Assembly: GCF_041146345.1 (NCBI RefSeq)
Contig: NW_027191406.1
Span: 1,426,001 to 1,490,000, forward strand
Direction: 5' to 3'
Source of the DNA: Neodothiora populina
Lineage: Eukaryota
Length of the DNA: 64,000 nucleotides
Part shown: positions 34,937 through 49,228 of the stretch, piece by piece
How positions within the stretch are numbered: position 1 is the stretch's first letter
How the letters are laid out: every line of letters starts with the position of its first letter
The notes under the pieces: model-generated
What the model saw: the letters and a program-made list of their open reading frames with translations, nothing else
Told to the model about the DNA's origin: nothing
The model's database searches: none
Made by a program: the position numbers and the translations under genes

Positions 34937-35027
34937 ACGCGCTTTCGCGTCACAAGTCGAGTCACGCGTAACGCCAAGGACATGTGCATTCATCAAGGGA
35001 ATTATCCACGGATTTAATGTAAACAAA
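34937..35027. promoter_or_regulatory. MCB-like (ACGCG x3) plus forkhead (GTAAACAAA) cluster upstream of TOP2
   Basis: ACGCGC 34937-42, TCGCGT 34945-50, ACGCGT 34964-69 and GTAAACAAA 35019-27, 200-300 bp upstream of the ATG. Confidence 0.6.
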
Positions 35028-35230
35028 CATATCTCTCACTCTCTTTCTCTATCTCTTTCACTTCATTAAAACTTGAAAACACGCCCAGCGACACCAAATA
35101 ACAAACAATCTAATGCCATAGGACAGGGATTATTCACTGCATAACTCGCTACTGCCATTCCTTTGCATGGGGTCGACTTCCAACTAAATCCGTTCCTTTA
35201 TCGACCCATTCGGCCAGATTCTCTATCATC

Positions 35231-38200
35231 ATGGACGACTCGATGGCGGAATCTGTCTTTTCAGACGAAGCAACCAGCGACTTTGAGCCCGAAGTCATCA
35301 AGCCTGTGAGTTCTGCTACATGAGGTGCGTCTCGTAAGTTGCAATCGTTGATGGGAGCCATTGAACAGAAAGCCAAGGCTGCTCCGAGGAAGGCAGCTGC
35401 GGCGCCAAAGGCGAAACCTGCGCCAAAGAAACAGACAACTCTGAAAGTCACAAAGAAGGTTGCACCAAAGAAGCGCGTCGTCGACTCCGAAGATGAGGAC
35501 TCGGATGTAGACATGGCTTCTGAACAGGACGATGACGATGACGGCCTACTAAACGACACACCTCCACAGAGAAAGCCGAAAAAGGCATCGGCGCCAAAGA
35601 AGACGGCCGGACATCCATTGGAAGAGATCGAGAACGAGAGTCTCGCCATCGACGCCGAAATGGACGATTCGGCAGACTCAAAACCGAAGAAGGGAGGAAA
35701 CACGGACAAGTACCAGAAACTCACCCAACTTGAGCACATCATCAAGCGTCCAGACACATATATCGGATCCACAGAACGGACTGAGAAGAACATGTGGGTC
35801 TTCAACTCCGAGACAGACCAGATCGAAGCGCGCGATATCAGCTATGTTCCTGGTCTCTACAAGATCTTCGATGAAATTCTCGTGAACGCCGCCGACAACA
35901 AAACAAGAGATCCGACCATGAATGAGATCAAAGTCTGGATCGACCGCGAAAAGGGCGAGGTCTCGATCCAAAATAACGGCAAGGGTATCCCCATCGAGAT
36001 TCACGAAAAAGAGAAGATATATATCCCCGAGATGATTTTCGGACACCTTCTCACTGGTTCCAACTACGACGACGACGAGCAGAAAGTCACCGGTGGCAGA
36101 AACGGGTACGGCGCAAAGCTCTGTAACGTCTTCAGTACAAAGTTCATTCTCGAGACTGTCGATACCTCGCGCAAGAAGAAGTACGTTCAGACCTGGCGAA
36201 ACAACATGAGCGTCATGGAAAAAGCCAAGATTACTGCATCATCACGAGGCGGCGACTACACCAAAGTTACATTCTACCCAGACTTCAAAAGATTCAACAT
36301 GGACGGCATGGATGATGATTTCGAGGCTCTGGCCAAGCGCAGGGTTTATGACATGGCTGGATCGTTAGCCGGCGTCAAAGTCTCCCTGAACGACACCAGA
36401 GTCAAAGTTACCAAATTCAAGCAGTACATGGAGATGTACTCCAAAGCCATCAAGAGAGAAAGCCTGATCGATGGCGGTGCTGCAACTGAGAAGGAGGTCA
36501 TCATCACCGACAATCCCCATGAGCGATGGGAGATTGGCTTCGCCGTATCAGACGGCTCTTTCCAGCAAGTTTCCTTCGTCAACTCGATCGCTACAACTTC
36601 CGGCGGTACTCATGTCAACTACATCGCTGATCAGATTGTCGGCAAGCTCATGGACGCCGTACTCAAGAAGAACAAAAAGGGCTTCCAATTGAAACCAGCT
36701 CAGATCCGAAACCACATTTTCTTATTCGTGAATTGTCAGATCGTGAACCCGGCTTTCAATTCACAAACCAAGGAGCAACTTACCACTAAGCCAAGTCAAT
36801 TTGGTAGCAAATGCACACTGAGTGACAAGTTTCTCAAGGCTATCGAAAAAACCGAAGCCGTCGCCAATATCATCCACTTCGCCCAGCAGAAGGCCGATAA
36901 AGCTATGCAGAAGACCGACGGTAATCGTCGCACACGTATGAGCAATTCCAAACTCACCGACGCAAACAAGGCTGGAACCAAGGACGGATACAAGTGTACT
37001 CTGATCCTGACTGAAGGTGACTCGGCTAGTCTGCTAGCACTTGCCGGCAGAGCGGTCGTGAACCCTGATCTGTTCGGTGTTTTCCCTCTGCGTGGTAAGA
37101 TGCTCAACGTGCGCGATGCTTCCCACGACGCTATCATGAAGAACTCGGAGATCACCAACATCAAGAAATTCGTCGGCCTACAACACAAAAAGGACTACAC
37201 AGACACCAAGGGTCTACGTTATGGTCATATCATGATCATGACAGATCAAGACCACGATGGTTCTCACATCAAGGGTCTCCTGATCAATTTCCTACAGGTT
37301 CAATTCCCCAGTCTCCTCAGGATTCCAGGCTTCTTACTCGAATTCATCACTCCTATCGTAAAGGTCTGGAAAGGTGATCCGAAAGCTCCTCGTACCAAGC
37401 GCGATTTCTTCACCATGCCCGAGTATGAGGCGTGGCGACAACAGTCGGGAAACCAGAAAGGCTGGGACCACAAGTACTACAAGGGATTGGGTACTTCCGA
37501 TACACGGGACGCGGAAATTTACTTTGCTGATCTTGACAAACATCTAAAAGAGTTCCACACCATGCAAGAGCACGAAGCACAATTGATTGATCTTGCCTTC
37601 AGCAAGAAGAAGGCTGATGACAGAAAGATGTGGCTCCAGAACTACCAGCCCGGCACCTACCTTGACATGTCTGGCAAGGAGAAGATTTCCTATGATGACT
37701 TCATCAACAAAGAGCTGATTCTGTTCTCCATGGCTGATAACTACCGTTCCATTCCTTCCCTCGTCGATGGCTTCAAGCCGACGCAGCGCAAGGTCCTGTA
37801 CACAGCTTTCCGCAGAAACCTGAAGAAAGATGTCAAGGTGGTGGAGCTGGCAGGTTCTGTTTCGGGTCTGACTGCTTACTCTTACGGTGAAGCCTCGATG
37901 CAGCAGACCATCGTAGGCCTTGCCCAGAACTTCGTCGGTTCGAACAACATCAATTGTCTCGAACCTAGCGGCAACTTCGGTTCTCGTCTTCAGGGTGGTA
38001 GCGATGCTGCAAGCGCTCGTTATATTTATACTCGTCTTTCGCCCTTTGCTCGACGAATTTTCCACACAACGGACGAGGCCCTCCTGACTTACAACACAGA
38101 CGACGGCAAGACGATTGAACCCGAGACGTACATTCCTATCCTTCCTATGATATTGGTCAACGGCGCCGATGGTATTGGTACTGGCTGGAGTACTAGCATC

Positions 38201-40628
38201 CCGAACTATAATCCTGAAGAAATTGTCGACAACCTAAAACGCAGAATGCATGGATCTAAGGAAGATATGCAACCTATGAAGCCTTGGTTCCGTGGTTGGA
38301 CGGGAGAGGTTGAAGATATTGGTCAAGGTCGTTTCAAATTCGGCGGCAAGATCTACCAGACCGATGACAACGAAGTCGAAGTCACTGAGCTTCCCGTACG
38401 CATGTGGACACAGGACTTCAAGGATAAACTCGAGGAAATCATCAAAGCCGAAAAAATTCCCTCGTTCATCAAGGACTACACGGAGTACAACACCCCCGAG
38501 AAGGTCCACTTCATCATCAAGCTTGAGGACAAGTGCATGAAAGCCGCACTTGAGAAGGGTCTCGAGGAGCAGTTCAAGCTGAGCAAAAGCATGGCCACGA
38601 CTAACCTTGTCTGCTTTGATGGCCAAGGACGCATTCACAAGTACGAAACACCCCTCGACATCATGGAGGAGTTTTACCACATCCGTCTCGCCTTTTACGA
38701 AAAGAGAAAGCAATATATGCTCAACGAGATGCAGAAGGAGCTCGACAAGCTGAGCAATCAGTCGAGATTCGTCAAGATGATTATTGATGGCAAGCTCGTT
38801 GTTTCGAAGAAGAAGAAGGCTGTCCTTGTGTCCGAGCTGGCAAAGCTGAACTTCAAGCCCATTCCGAAGGTCATTGAAGCCAAGAAGCAGGGTGAGTTCG
38901 AAGACGCCATGCAAGATGACGAGGATGAGGAGGGTGAAGTAGGCGCCAATGACTACGATTACCTTCTCGGTATGGCTATTTGGTCTTTGACATCCGAAAG
39001 AGTGGAGAAGCTCTTGAGACAGATCGGCGACAAAGAAGTTGAGATTGACGTCTTGATCAAGAAGTCACCTAAGGATCTCTGGGAGACCGATCTCGACGAG
39101 CTACTCGAGGAGTGGAGGACTCAGTTACAGCAAGAAGTCACACGTGCCAAAAAGATCAAGGACAAGGGTCGCCGTGCCTCTGCCAAACTCGGAATCGGTG
39201 GTGGCAAAGGCAAGGGCAAGGGCAAGCGAGTCCGCGGTAGTGATGATGAGAGTGATGAGGATTTTGCCGTCTCGAAAAAGGCGAAGGCAGCAGTCAAGAA
39301 ACCCTCCAAAGGCGCGTCTACACTCATGGATAACTTCCTCGCCACCAGCAAACCTGCCGAAAACTATCCTGTAGTCAAGGGGATCGAACAGAACCCAGTC
39401 GACCCTCCCCCGGCGGAAAAACAAGGCCTCATACCACCTACATCGAAGGCATCAAAGGCTTCCGCAGCTGCGACTGCGGCCGCCGCGAAGCCAGTGGCTA
39501 AGAAGAAGAAGCTGGTTGTCTCTGACGACTCGGATTCTGATGATCTCGCTGCTATCAAACCATCCAGAGCTACTTCGTCAAAGCCGTCACTGCTGGATGA
39601 TTCAGACGACGAGGTTTTGAAGCCGAAGAAGACCGCCAAGAAACCCTCGCCACTCGTCGACTCCGACGAGGATATGGAGCTCGACGACTTTGTTACGAAG
39701 AAACCGGCCAAGTCGATTCCCGCCAAAGCTGCTCCAGCAAAGTCTGCTCCTGCGAAGAAGAAGCCTACCAAGATCGAATCTGAAGACGAGGACATGTTCG
39801 ACGCCGTGGAGGAGATTGCTGCTTCCAAACCTGCCCCAGCTGCAGCTCGTGGAGGCCGTGCAGCTGCGAAGAAGGTCACTAATTACAACCTGATGTCTGA
39901 CGATGATTCTATGAGTGACGACTTGGGAGACCTTTCTAAATTTGTCAAGCCTCTCCCTAGCTCTATCCCAGCCAAGCCTCTGATCACTGAATCTTCAGGC
40001 CGCCCATCCAGTTCTCACAGCGTTACCAAGAAGCAGCCCACTAGGAAAGTCAGTGTCGATCCTGTAGGGGATGACACTGATTGGGCAGAGTTGGCCCGTG
40101 GAACTCCTGCTAAAGGCTTGAACAACCGCGACGGTGTCACCCTCAATGGCTCATTCGAAGATGACATGGACGATGACAGCATTCTTCTTTCGACTCGTAA
40201 ACCCGTGCTGAAATCTATTCAAACCAAGACGAGTGGCACATCCAAGGCCACGAAGCCTACAGCTACGAAGAAGGCGCCTGCGGTCGCTCCGTCCAAGATC
40301 CTCTCACCAGCGGCCAAGGCATACGCCGCCAAAAAGCAAGCCAAGGAGGGCCCTCCAAAACCTGCTGCGAAGGCAGCACCCAAGAAAAAAGGGCAGAGCT
40401 ATCTCAGATGACGAGATTGACGAGGATGACAGCTTGGCGAACGATATCTTGAGCGACGACGATGAGGGCGCCGTCTCTCCACCACCTAAAGCCGCTGCAG
40501 CCAGACAGCCAAGAAGAGCTGCTGCAGCAAAGCCGGCGGCGAAGAGCAAGTACGTGCTCGACGATAGCGAGGAGGATGATGAATCAGAAGAAGCTTCGGC
40601 GACATTCGAAGAGGACGATAGCGAGTAG
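35231..40628 (+). CDS. TOP2: DNA topoisomerase II, 2 exons, with an apparent +1 frameshift in the C-terminal tail
   Basis: Intron 35306-35368. Motifs EILVNAADN, GGRNGYGAK, TEGDSA, PLRGK, DQDHDGSHI, YKGLGTS and catalytic ASARYI. Main frame stops at 40411; the +1 frame continues as an acidic tail to 40628. Confidence 0.97.
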
Positions 40629-43105
40629 CTTGGTGTCCTGGAAGGTGGTTCTAGCATTGATATTGGTGGCGCAACGGTGGATGGGTGGTATCGTTTTTGA
40701 TGTTCCCTGGTCCGGGGAGCTGCATCTTCACATGTTTTCCTTTTGGTTTTCGAGGATGATGATACCCGGTGTTAGTTGATCCGGATGAGCCCTTTAATGG
40801 GGCTTCGATAGCTTCATCGATCTCTCTATATTGGTGTCTTGTGAGCCGCTTTCCTTTCATGTGACTCTCGACTTTTGAGTTGAGTGCACGCAAGTAGAGA
40901 TGAAAATAGAGAAGTATAGTATACACATGTAAGAGTGATTACAGGCACGTTCATAATTCCAGAATTCTGAACGTGGTCAATCAGTCTTGGCGCGAGTCGG
41001 GGTAGATTGTGTGACCTGAACTCGATAGCAAAATCAAGCTTGACACCAACTCGTTGCAAAGTATGCCAACATATATCGAACTCAAGTCTTCTCTGATACT
41101 ATGTGAAATACATCGCATACTTGCTCATACCGTACAACAGAATGATGTATGTGACCTTCGGACTGAACGACTCATGAATCACAGCGACAGCCTTGGAGTT
41201 GTTTATCATTCATCATGCATTTTGGCTACTCTGACATCTATATTCCTGTCTGTCGGCCATCATAGCAACAAACATGGCAACTCGGGTGATAGGTCTGTAA
41301 CCCAATAATCAGTGATAGACAAGAACTAGAGGTTCGACAAGGAGAATAGCGGCTATATCTACAGTATAGGTAAACACTTCTAGGCCAGCCATCTTGTGGT
41401 ACGAAATGATTGCCTCAGGTGGGTTGGGCTCGTTTTATCTGGAGGGATACGTTTGATACAGCGGTGAGTTCTGTCCTGTGTGTGAACGTACGTCTGAGAC
41501 AACGGACTAGGTGTGTGGGTGTGTTCATGAGTGAACGGATGGGCATTTCCGCGTATGTTGCTTCACTACCGAGACAGATCGGCCGCGTGAGAGGCATGAT
41601 AACAGTGATATCATATGGTTGGGCTTCGCGTTTGAGCCCATGACCACCGCTTTCTGCGTCTCAAACACGCCTGCTGATGACGACGAGTATCTGTGCTTAC
41701 AATTGTCGCAGAGTCCCACGAAGTAAACATGCTTTCTCGAATCACTTATTTCCGTGTCGACGTCTACGAGTCCACAGGGCCCGTGACAGCTCGTCGCAGC
41801 CTCTTGAGATTGTTCTGTCGCAGCAGGAGAGACTCCCAGATACTCTTCCCGGAAGGACTGTCTGATTGGCGATGTTTTAGGCTACTGCAGTGGCTTCCCG
41901 TGCCTTCCCGTCGGCTGGGTGCCGCTGCTTGTGCCATCCGTGGCGGTGGGCCGACTTCATACGCAGGGCAGCCGATTGTAGGTGGTCCTCCACGAGTCTG
42001 GTAGGCATTCACAACTGAGCAACCGGGAAGACTATGCGCGTACGTTCGATGTGTGTTCGTGCCGCTAAGTCTTGTCGAATTGATCGACTCGCTCATACCT
42101 GGAAGAGGACTTGCGCATTAGTCCTCCAACGAGAACCGACTTCGAGCCTCTGCCATGGGAAGTCTTCATATAACAAGATACGCTCACGGCTGCCTGCATT
42201 TCTACCATGGGGTAAACGCTTTTGGATATTAGAGACGATGAGGTCGTTCTATCTCGGCATCTCGGCATGCCGAGGAAAAAGGGCGAATAGAGTATCCTCT
42301 CGAACGTCAGTTCCTTCTCTTCACACCGAAACGCATAGCGGATTGATGAGTTCCCGCTACATAGAGCAATCATCTTACATGGTCTTTGTAGAGAGGAACG
42401 GCGGTCCGTTTCCGTCCCATTGGACATTCCTCCATTGGCCATATGGCCTGGCATTGTTTCGAAGTTCAACATTGATGGTAAATGATGGCGATGTATCACT
42501 GGTGCGTCGGTGCTCTTTTCTGTCCTGCAAGAAGAAACGAAATTCGCGGTGAGGGGAGCATTGACGTGCAAACGCAGCGACATTGCAGATTCCTGCAAGA
42601 GTCATGCCCATGCTGAACGGTGGTGGTTGAGTTAGATCTTTGGGCTTTGAGACATGCCTGACGCTTGCGATGCACCTTACCGAGGCTCGACAGAAAGACA
42701 CTTCAAAATCCAGGGCTGGCATCTCAAAGAAGTCCTACATGAAAGACGACAAGTTTGCGGTCCTGCGCTTGGCAGCCTTCCTCACATTGGCCAGAAACAC
42801 ATGCTTGTTGGATCAAGCGATATCTTTTTCAAGTCTCGGAGACCTTCGTCAGAAGACTACAGAGAATTGTCTTCTGTAAGCTGCAACTTTCCTAGGACTT
42901 GACTATAAGTCACTGACACCGCGCGAGATACACCGCTTTTCGAAGGAAACCAGTCCTTGGAGTTCAAGTCGAAGGTAGCCAATATCATCTGGACCCCTCC
43001 CCTCCTCCACCGTTCTTGCTTCTGTCCGATTCCACGCCTACACCCCAACCACTTGATTACCGAACGAGTCCACTCACTATCTTCCCTTTCTTCTCTTCGA
43101 GTACG

Positions 43106-45256
43106 ATGAACATACAGTCCCTCCTCAACGCTCCATCGTCTCCCAATATTCTCCCTCCGTTTTCATCTTTGAGTCCAAGCATAGCACCTCCCACTTCGTA
43201 CAACTCGCGTGAGGCAGCTACAATGGCTTGCGCCTCATCATCTTGTGCGCCCGCGTCCAGTACCACTTCGTTTAGCCCACGTCCAAAGGCCGCCAAAGAT
43301 GCCGCAGTCTTCCAGAGAGGTCCGGTCAAAGGCGCTGTCAATTATCCTCCCTATGAATGCAACGAGAATGATGGTGTCTTGACCAAGCCTGAACGCGACG
43401 AGCTTCTCATGCAGCACAAACGCTTCAAGATCTACCCATCCGGCGGCGACGAGGGCCTGATCCACGATTATGTCCGCTCGGTTCCCTACAGCAGCAACAA
43501 GAAAACCTTCTCTGGTAGAACCGGTAGAGAAGGATTCGAATGTAAGTGGAACGCGATTTGTTGTTTCGTCAGTTCACGCGTTTAATGCCATCTAGTGTTT
43601 CAATACGTCTTCCAAAAGCCCGATGAGCCTGGCAAGGAGTACGTCGTCATGTGGGATTATCAGAATGGACTTGTCCGTATCACGCCATTCTTCAAGTCGC
43701 TCAATTATCCAAAGGTATGTCGTTTATCATGATTCATCCTTTGAACCCCCGAAGCACATCTAACATGAAGTTTCAAGACCGCCCCAAACAAAGTGCTTGG
43801 CTACAATAACGGCCTTCGTGAACTCTCTCACAGCATCACCGGTGGCAGCATCGCAGCTCAGGGTTACTGGATGCCATATGGATGTGCTCGTGCCGTCTGC
43901 ACGACCTTCTGCTGGGACATCCGCTGGGCGCTGACACCCATCTTTGGTCCTTCGTTCATCAAGGATTGTCTTCATCCAACTCACCATGGCTACGCGCGCT
44001 TTCGTATCGATCCTGAGGTCATACGCTCTTGCCAGCGCCAGGGTGAAGGCTGGAATAACGACGGATTTGTCCCAACGTCTATGACAGGTCTCAATGGTGC
44101 GCAAGTTACTCCAGGCATAGCTTTTCGTCGTCACGATCCTGAATCTGGCTTTGCCGCACCTTCTAGACCCCAGCGTCAAACTTCACCTAAGACCTTACGC
44201 CCTCGCAAGGCCAAAGCTCAGACCGTCGTGGATTACTCTTCCGACGTTGACTCTTTCAGTGAGTACGAGGACGACAACGTCGGCCACTACACACGTTATC
44301 AGGATTCTCCTTGCGTCAGTCCAAGAACCAGAGTTAGCAACGCTGCGTCGGCCTGGACAAGCATCAACCTTGGTCCCGTACGTCCAGGTGCCGAGACCCA
44401 GATCCAGCAGGCCAACCATAATCAACACTTTTCCCCACGATTCACAACTCTGGAAAACAAGAAAATTCCTCAATCTTCTTCTGCATTATCCAGCGCAAGC
44501 TCCAAGAAAGACAAAAATGAGCATCTGTCTGTCATGAAGACCTCTAGTCGCCACGAACACTTCATAGAGTCGTCGATGCGCGAATCGTCTGCTTTCATGT
44601 CCGAAGATCTTCGCTCGCACAAGAAAAGGATGCAGCCCCCCATGAACAAAGCTCTGCAACACCAGCAGGAGTCCTATGAGCCTCGCGACGAAAGTTCTTT
44701 TGCCATGAGCCCAACTCCACTTAGCAAGGGACTTTCGAAGAAGGCGATTAGTAAACACCCCAACCGCGATTTCCATGACGGCACCATTGAAGGGCCTCCT
44801 GAGCTCTCTCGCTCCCCAGTGTCAAACGTGTCGATGCCAACCAACAAGCGTGCCATCAACGATGGTAATGCTCAATTCGAACAGCCAACTTGCCAGCCTA
44901 AGCGAAGCCACGCCGAAGCTTTCAATGACACAACTGGCACCAGTCGCAGCAGTTCCCCATACCAAGGTCGCCTCACCCCAGCCGAGAGAACCAAGAGGTC
45001 CAAGAGTAACGGTAGCGGATCAACCTTCTTCACTGCTGAAGATTACCGTGCGGCATTGATCTTGCTAGAACTGTCTCAGGTCGATGTTGTCTTTGGTCAG
45101 CAACTTCGTCTCCAGCAAACCCAGCAGGGTCAAGCAGATGGACTTCAGCGGCCCCAGCACAACACAGCAGGTGTCCAACACGAAGACGCGTTGAGCGAGA
45201 CTACTGTCGATGGTTCCGACGAGGAACTTCTCGTCGACGAATCTGACGCGGCTTAA
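43106..45256 (+). CDS. APSES/KilA-N transcription factor, Xbp1-like, 3 exons
   Basis: Introns 43542-43595 and 43715-43777 join [34 protein letters not shown] and [32 protein letters not shown]-terminal AALILLEL motif. Confidence 0.88.
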
Positions 45257-46882
45257 ATGATGAGCGGTACGGACCATTGGTACCTTCTGTTTTGAGCGGC
45301 CTGATTGAGCGCCCACCACTTTTATCCTCTGCTCTTCGACCTCACTCAGGATACCTTGGATCGTAGTCGACACCATAGACTTGCAGCGACTCACACCGCA
45401 CTGTCGCATGTCATCGACGCTTCTTCGCTGTTATTATGGCACTGTCACTGGACATGAAGACCAAATTTTCTCTTTCAACACCGTTACAAGGCATCTTTTC
45501 ACCACGAACAACACTTGATCAACACAACGATTGGCTGGCAAGAATACAAGGGCTTCAATACGGCTCACCCTTCTGACTTTTATGAATCATCGTCACCACT
45601 GAAAAGGAGGATTGGAAGAGATTTCCTGGTTGGAGGCGCACTTGCACGCTTCCATTCTTCTGCACATTCAATTTCCGTGCCCTTCACATTGTTTTTGTTT
45701 TCTGAATTGCTTTTCTATTCTCAGTCATCTTGCTTTCCCATACCATGCCCCAGATTCCCCTTGTTCTTTTTTTCTTTATACCCATGAACTCAATGACTGA
45801 TGTCTTACCCATGCCCTTCACTTCAACCGATACCCCTAATTTTGTTCTTTTTCATTTCCTAATCACTGCACACTTCTGTCTTTTGTTTTTTGTTTATTGC
45901 TTTCTTCTTTCTTTTTCATGCAGTCAGTACTAAGAGCAGGATGGAGGAAAAGGCAAAGAAGCAGATCTTCATTAGATCAGCAGTTTTTTCCTCCTTTTCT
46001 TCCTCGTGTCTTATGGCACTGGACTACTGGCTTTTATTCTGCATTCTATCTCCTCAGCAAGGCGTTTACATCTCAGGCAAGGCCAGGCGAGGCGAGGCCC
46101 TTTACATTTGCATCTGTCTTGATCCTTAGACTATCTTGGTCAAGGATCCGGCAGATGTAGATTGCGGCAACTCAGTCTGAGTCTCAAGTCTAAGTCTGGT
46201 CTGCTGTTTCTTTTCTACCCTTACATTGCTTTGTTGCCCTTTATATTATGCGCGGAGAGAGAAGTCTAGATAAATTCCCCTGATACTGACGAAAAAACAA
46301 TTGAAAACCCACTCGGAGAATGAATTGCGACGTGATATGAACTGTTGTGTTATGACTTATGTGGTTCTCATGGCGTGTCAAGTGCTGTGTGCTGTCTACT
46401 TTGTCTAGATGTGAGTCCTTTCTGTGGTTCTAAGTAGGTACTGTGAACATGAGGAAAGAAGATTATGTGCAGATCCCTACTCCAGTGTCTAGACACGTCG
46501 AGATCGTTTCATGAATACATGAGCTAATCATGCCGGCACGATTGCTCTACTACTGTTCCTTGATCCTGCTTGGTGCTTTACAGCCCGGCCGGGCTAGATA
46601 TTTGGCCTTAGGAGTTGTGCTTGATGCACTGAGAACTTCGATCCAATCACATCTTTCTTTTGCTGTGTTCATGTTCATATAATATCTTGCTTACTCAAGA
46701 TGCGACACACCCCCTTTTCCCTGTTTTTGACATACCGCATATGCTCTACGCCAGACTCGCTTCCGTTACGTCCCTTCTGGAGCCTGAAGCCTCGATTGCG
46801 TTGGACTTTACTCAAACCCAAGTACGCTCAGCTCAACTCCACCTAGATCGACTCGGTTCTATCCTACTCAACTTCGCTACGG

Positions 46883-48466
46883 TCATATATCCTCCCCATA
46901 AGAATCCCGATTCCTAACAGCAGGATATCGATCCATCTCGGATCCATACGTGCTGTTCAATACCACTCTGCCGCTTTCCGATCCGTCTTCTAGTCTGATC
47001 CACGTTTCTAGTTTGGGCAGGGATATAGTCTTCTTGGCGGACGAGGAGGAAGATAGAGGGGATAGAGAGGAGGAGGACGGGGAGAAGTCGAGGTGGATTT
47101 GTCTGCTTCCTCGTATCCAGGAGCCGTAGCCGCCGTAGCTGCATTTTTGTCATCGTCAGTGTGTCGACTTACGGGTCGGTTGATGATTAAGGTAGAGAGT
47201 TCTTTCCGTTCACAAAAGGAAGGCATGGGAAAGTTTGTTTCTCACCCGCTGTGTTGACCAAAACAGAGGTTCAATCGGCCGTTGCCTGTGACGTTCGTCC
47301 CTGGTATGGTCGTGTTCCATTTCTGACACCATGTGTCGCCGTGATCATGACTGTTGCATTTGGACTTGGTCAGTATCAGTCGGTGGAGGGACGTCTGAAC
47401 AACCAAAAATATACATAACAAGTATTCGAAGGGCTACATAAGGTGGTAAAGGCACTCACCCGGAAAACACACCCATCAGTCCTTCCGTACCAACCAGCGC
47501 CTCCATGAACGGATGGTCTTGACCCGCATAAGCGAACCCTTCAGTCGCCGTCCCCTGATCGTCAGTATAGCCCTGCGCGTCGAGCGGCACATCATCATTG
47601 ACGCCCGGTGTCCTATTAGCATCGACTTTCCTCTCGTCCTGGAAAGCAAGCATCGCAGTTATGGGAATGTGTACAAACGCGATGCTGGGCACCACTCTGC
47701 CCCTTTCGCTGGTCATTGAATCACGGGTGGTAGTGAACCAGTCTACAACGCTCTGATCAACCCAGTTTGGCAGAGATATAGAATGACCCTGGGAGTCAGT
47801 CTGCTGGTAGTGGTTCCCGCGCCTGCTGTCGAAGAACCACAACAGTAGCGCTGGAGGATCGACAGGCGAAGTGCTCGTTGCACCGTTCTCTGCGTAAACT
47901 GGGATGTAGTAGTTACTGATGCCTGCCGAGTCTCCATCGACCATGCACTGTGTCAGAGAACCCGAGTAAATCTTCTCCCTCGCAAAGATAGCGTTACGAG
48001 ACAGATTGAAATCAGAGTCGTGATTGCCATACGTGGATGCCCAGACCAGCCGGCGCTGCACCATTGGCTGCACAACCTCATCCAGATAGAGTGACGAGTT
48101 TTTCAGGTGCGTGTTCTCGCCTGTAATTAAGTCTCCGTTCAATACCACCAGCTGCTGGACCTCTGTGTCGAGGACTGCATTCATCACACGAGTGCTGTTG
48201 ATGTCTTGCTGGGGTCCCCATAGCGCGTCTTCGGCTTCACCGTAGTGTAGATCCTCGAAGACACTTATCTGGAAAGTCTGATCATTCTCCAGCCGAAGAT
48301 GATGGATCGGTGGGCAAGTATTCTCCAGCGCTGGGACAGAAAAGGTACTCGTCGCTGTCACGACGGTATACAACGAACGAAGAAACATGGTCGAGGACAG
48401 GAGTAAACACAACAAAATGGCAAAGAAGGCGATATGCCTTGAATATAAGATGCTGGCCGCCATCAT
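46883..48466 (-). CDS. Secreted calcineurin-like metallophosphoesterase (DCR2/PAP-like), 3 exons
   Basis: DLHYGE, LNGDLITGE, YGNHD, FVHIP; introns 47459-47351 and 47245-47139 restore SGHDHG and HSGYGGYG; C-terminal ETWIRLEDG..LNSTYG; hydrophobic N-terminus. Exact start uncertain. Confidence 0.88.
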
Positions 48467-49228
48467 GAATGTCACATCAGGCACAAGAAAGGAAGGTGGT
48501 TACGACTGAACGAGCACTGCACCGAGAGCCACTCATTCACAACACGTGCTAGAGAAGGAGCCGACTCAATGAACGTGCATCTTGCATTATCCTCAAGACC
48601 TTGGTCAAAGATCCCTGGTCGAGAGAGACAGTGATACGAGTAAGACGAATGGCACAGCTCGTAATAATGAAAATGCGGATATATATTGAGCCTTCGCAAG
48701 TACGGATACCAGCCTCTGGGACAAGAGGTCGTTCCGCCAAGACAGAGCTGAGCTTCGGGATGTGTTCATTCGCAGATGTCAGAACTACGTGAAGCCATAT
48801 AAGTCTAAGGCATATCTCCAGCGCACCGCAAACGGCTCAGCGTGATCGACACTCTACAAGGCACATCGTGAAAGTTGACAAGTTAGGTTGAAATAATGAA
48901 ACATACACAATTGCAATTAAGAACAAGCCCTATCATGGGCTCTCTCGACGCTATCGTACTGGCTAGGAAAAGAACATGACAAGAGTAAAACAAAAGGGGG
49001 TGCTGCATTTGCTCTGCCAACGAGGGCGGAGTAGCAGCAACAGATGCTGAGTATATTCGCAGTGTTGTCCGTGACAACCCGCTGCTTGCTGAAAGATGCA
49101 CGTTTTGATGCAAAAAAGGCATACCACTTCTTTTCATCGTCTCCTTCATCAACCGTTGCCCATAAAACCCACCATTATCCTTTTCTCCAAGCAATTAATG
49201 CTCATTTACAGAGTCAGCTCTGCCAAAT

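Noticed and set aside
40233..40396. Intron explanation for the Top2 frame break
   Set aside because: No canonical donor or branch site upstream of the candidate AG.
42065..42722. Overlapping 115-177 aa ORFs
   Set aside because: No motifs; the candidate minus-strand intron leads straight to a stop.
47000..47100. Suspected frameshift in the last exon of the phosphoesterase
   Set aside because: Recounting the CT-rich tract shows the frame runs through to LETWIRLEDG.
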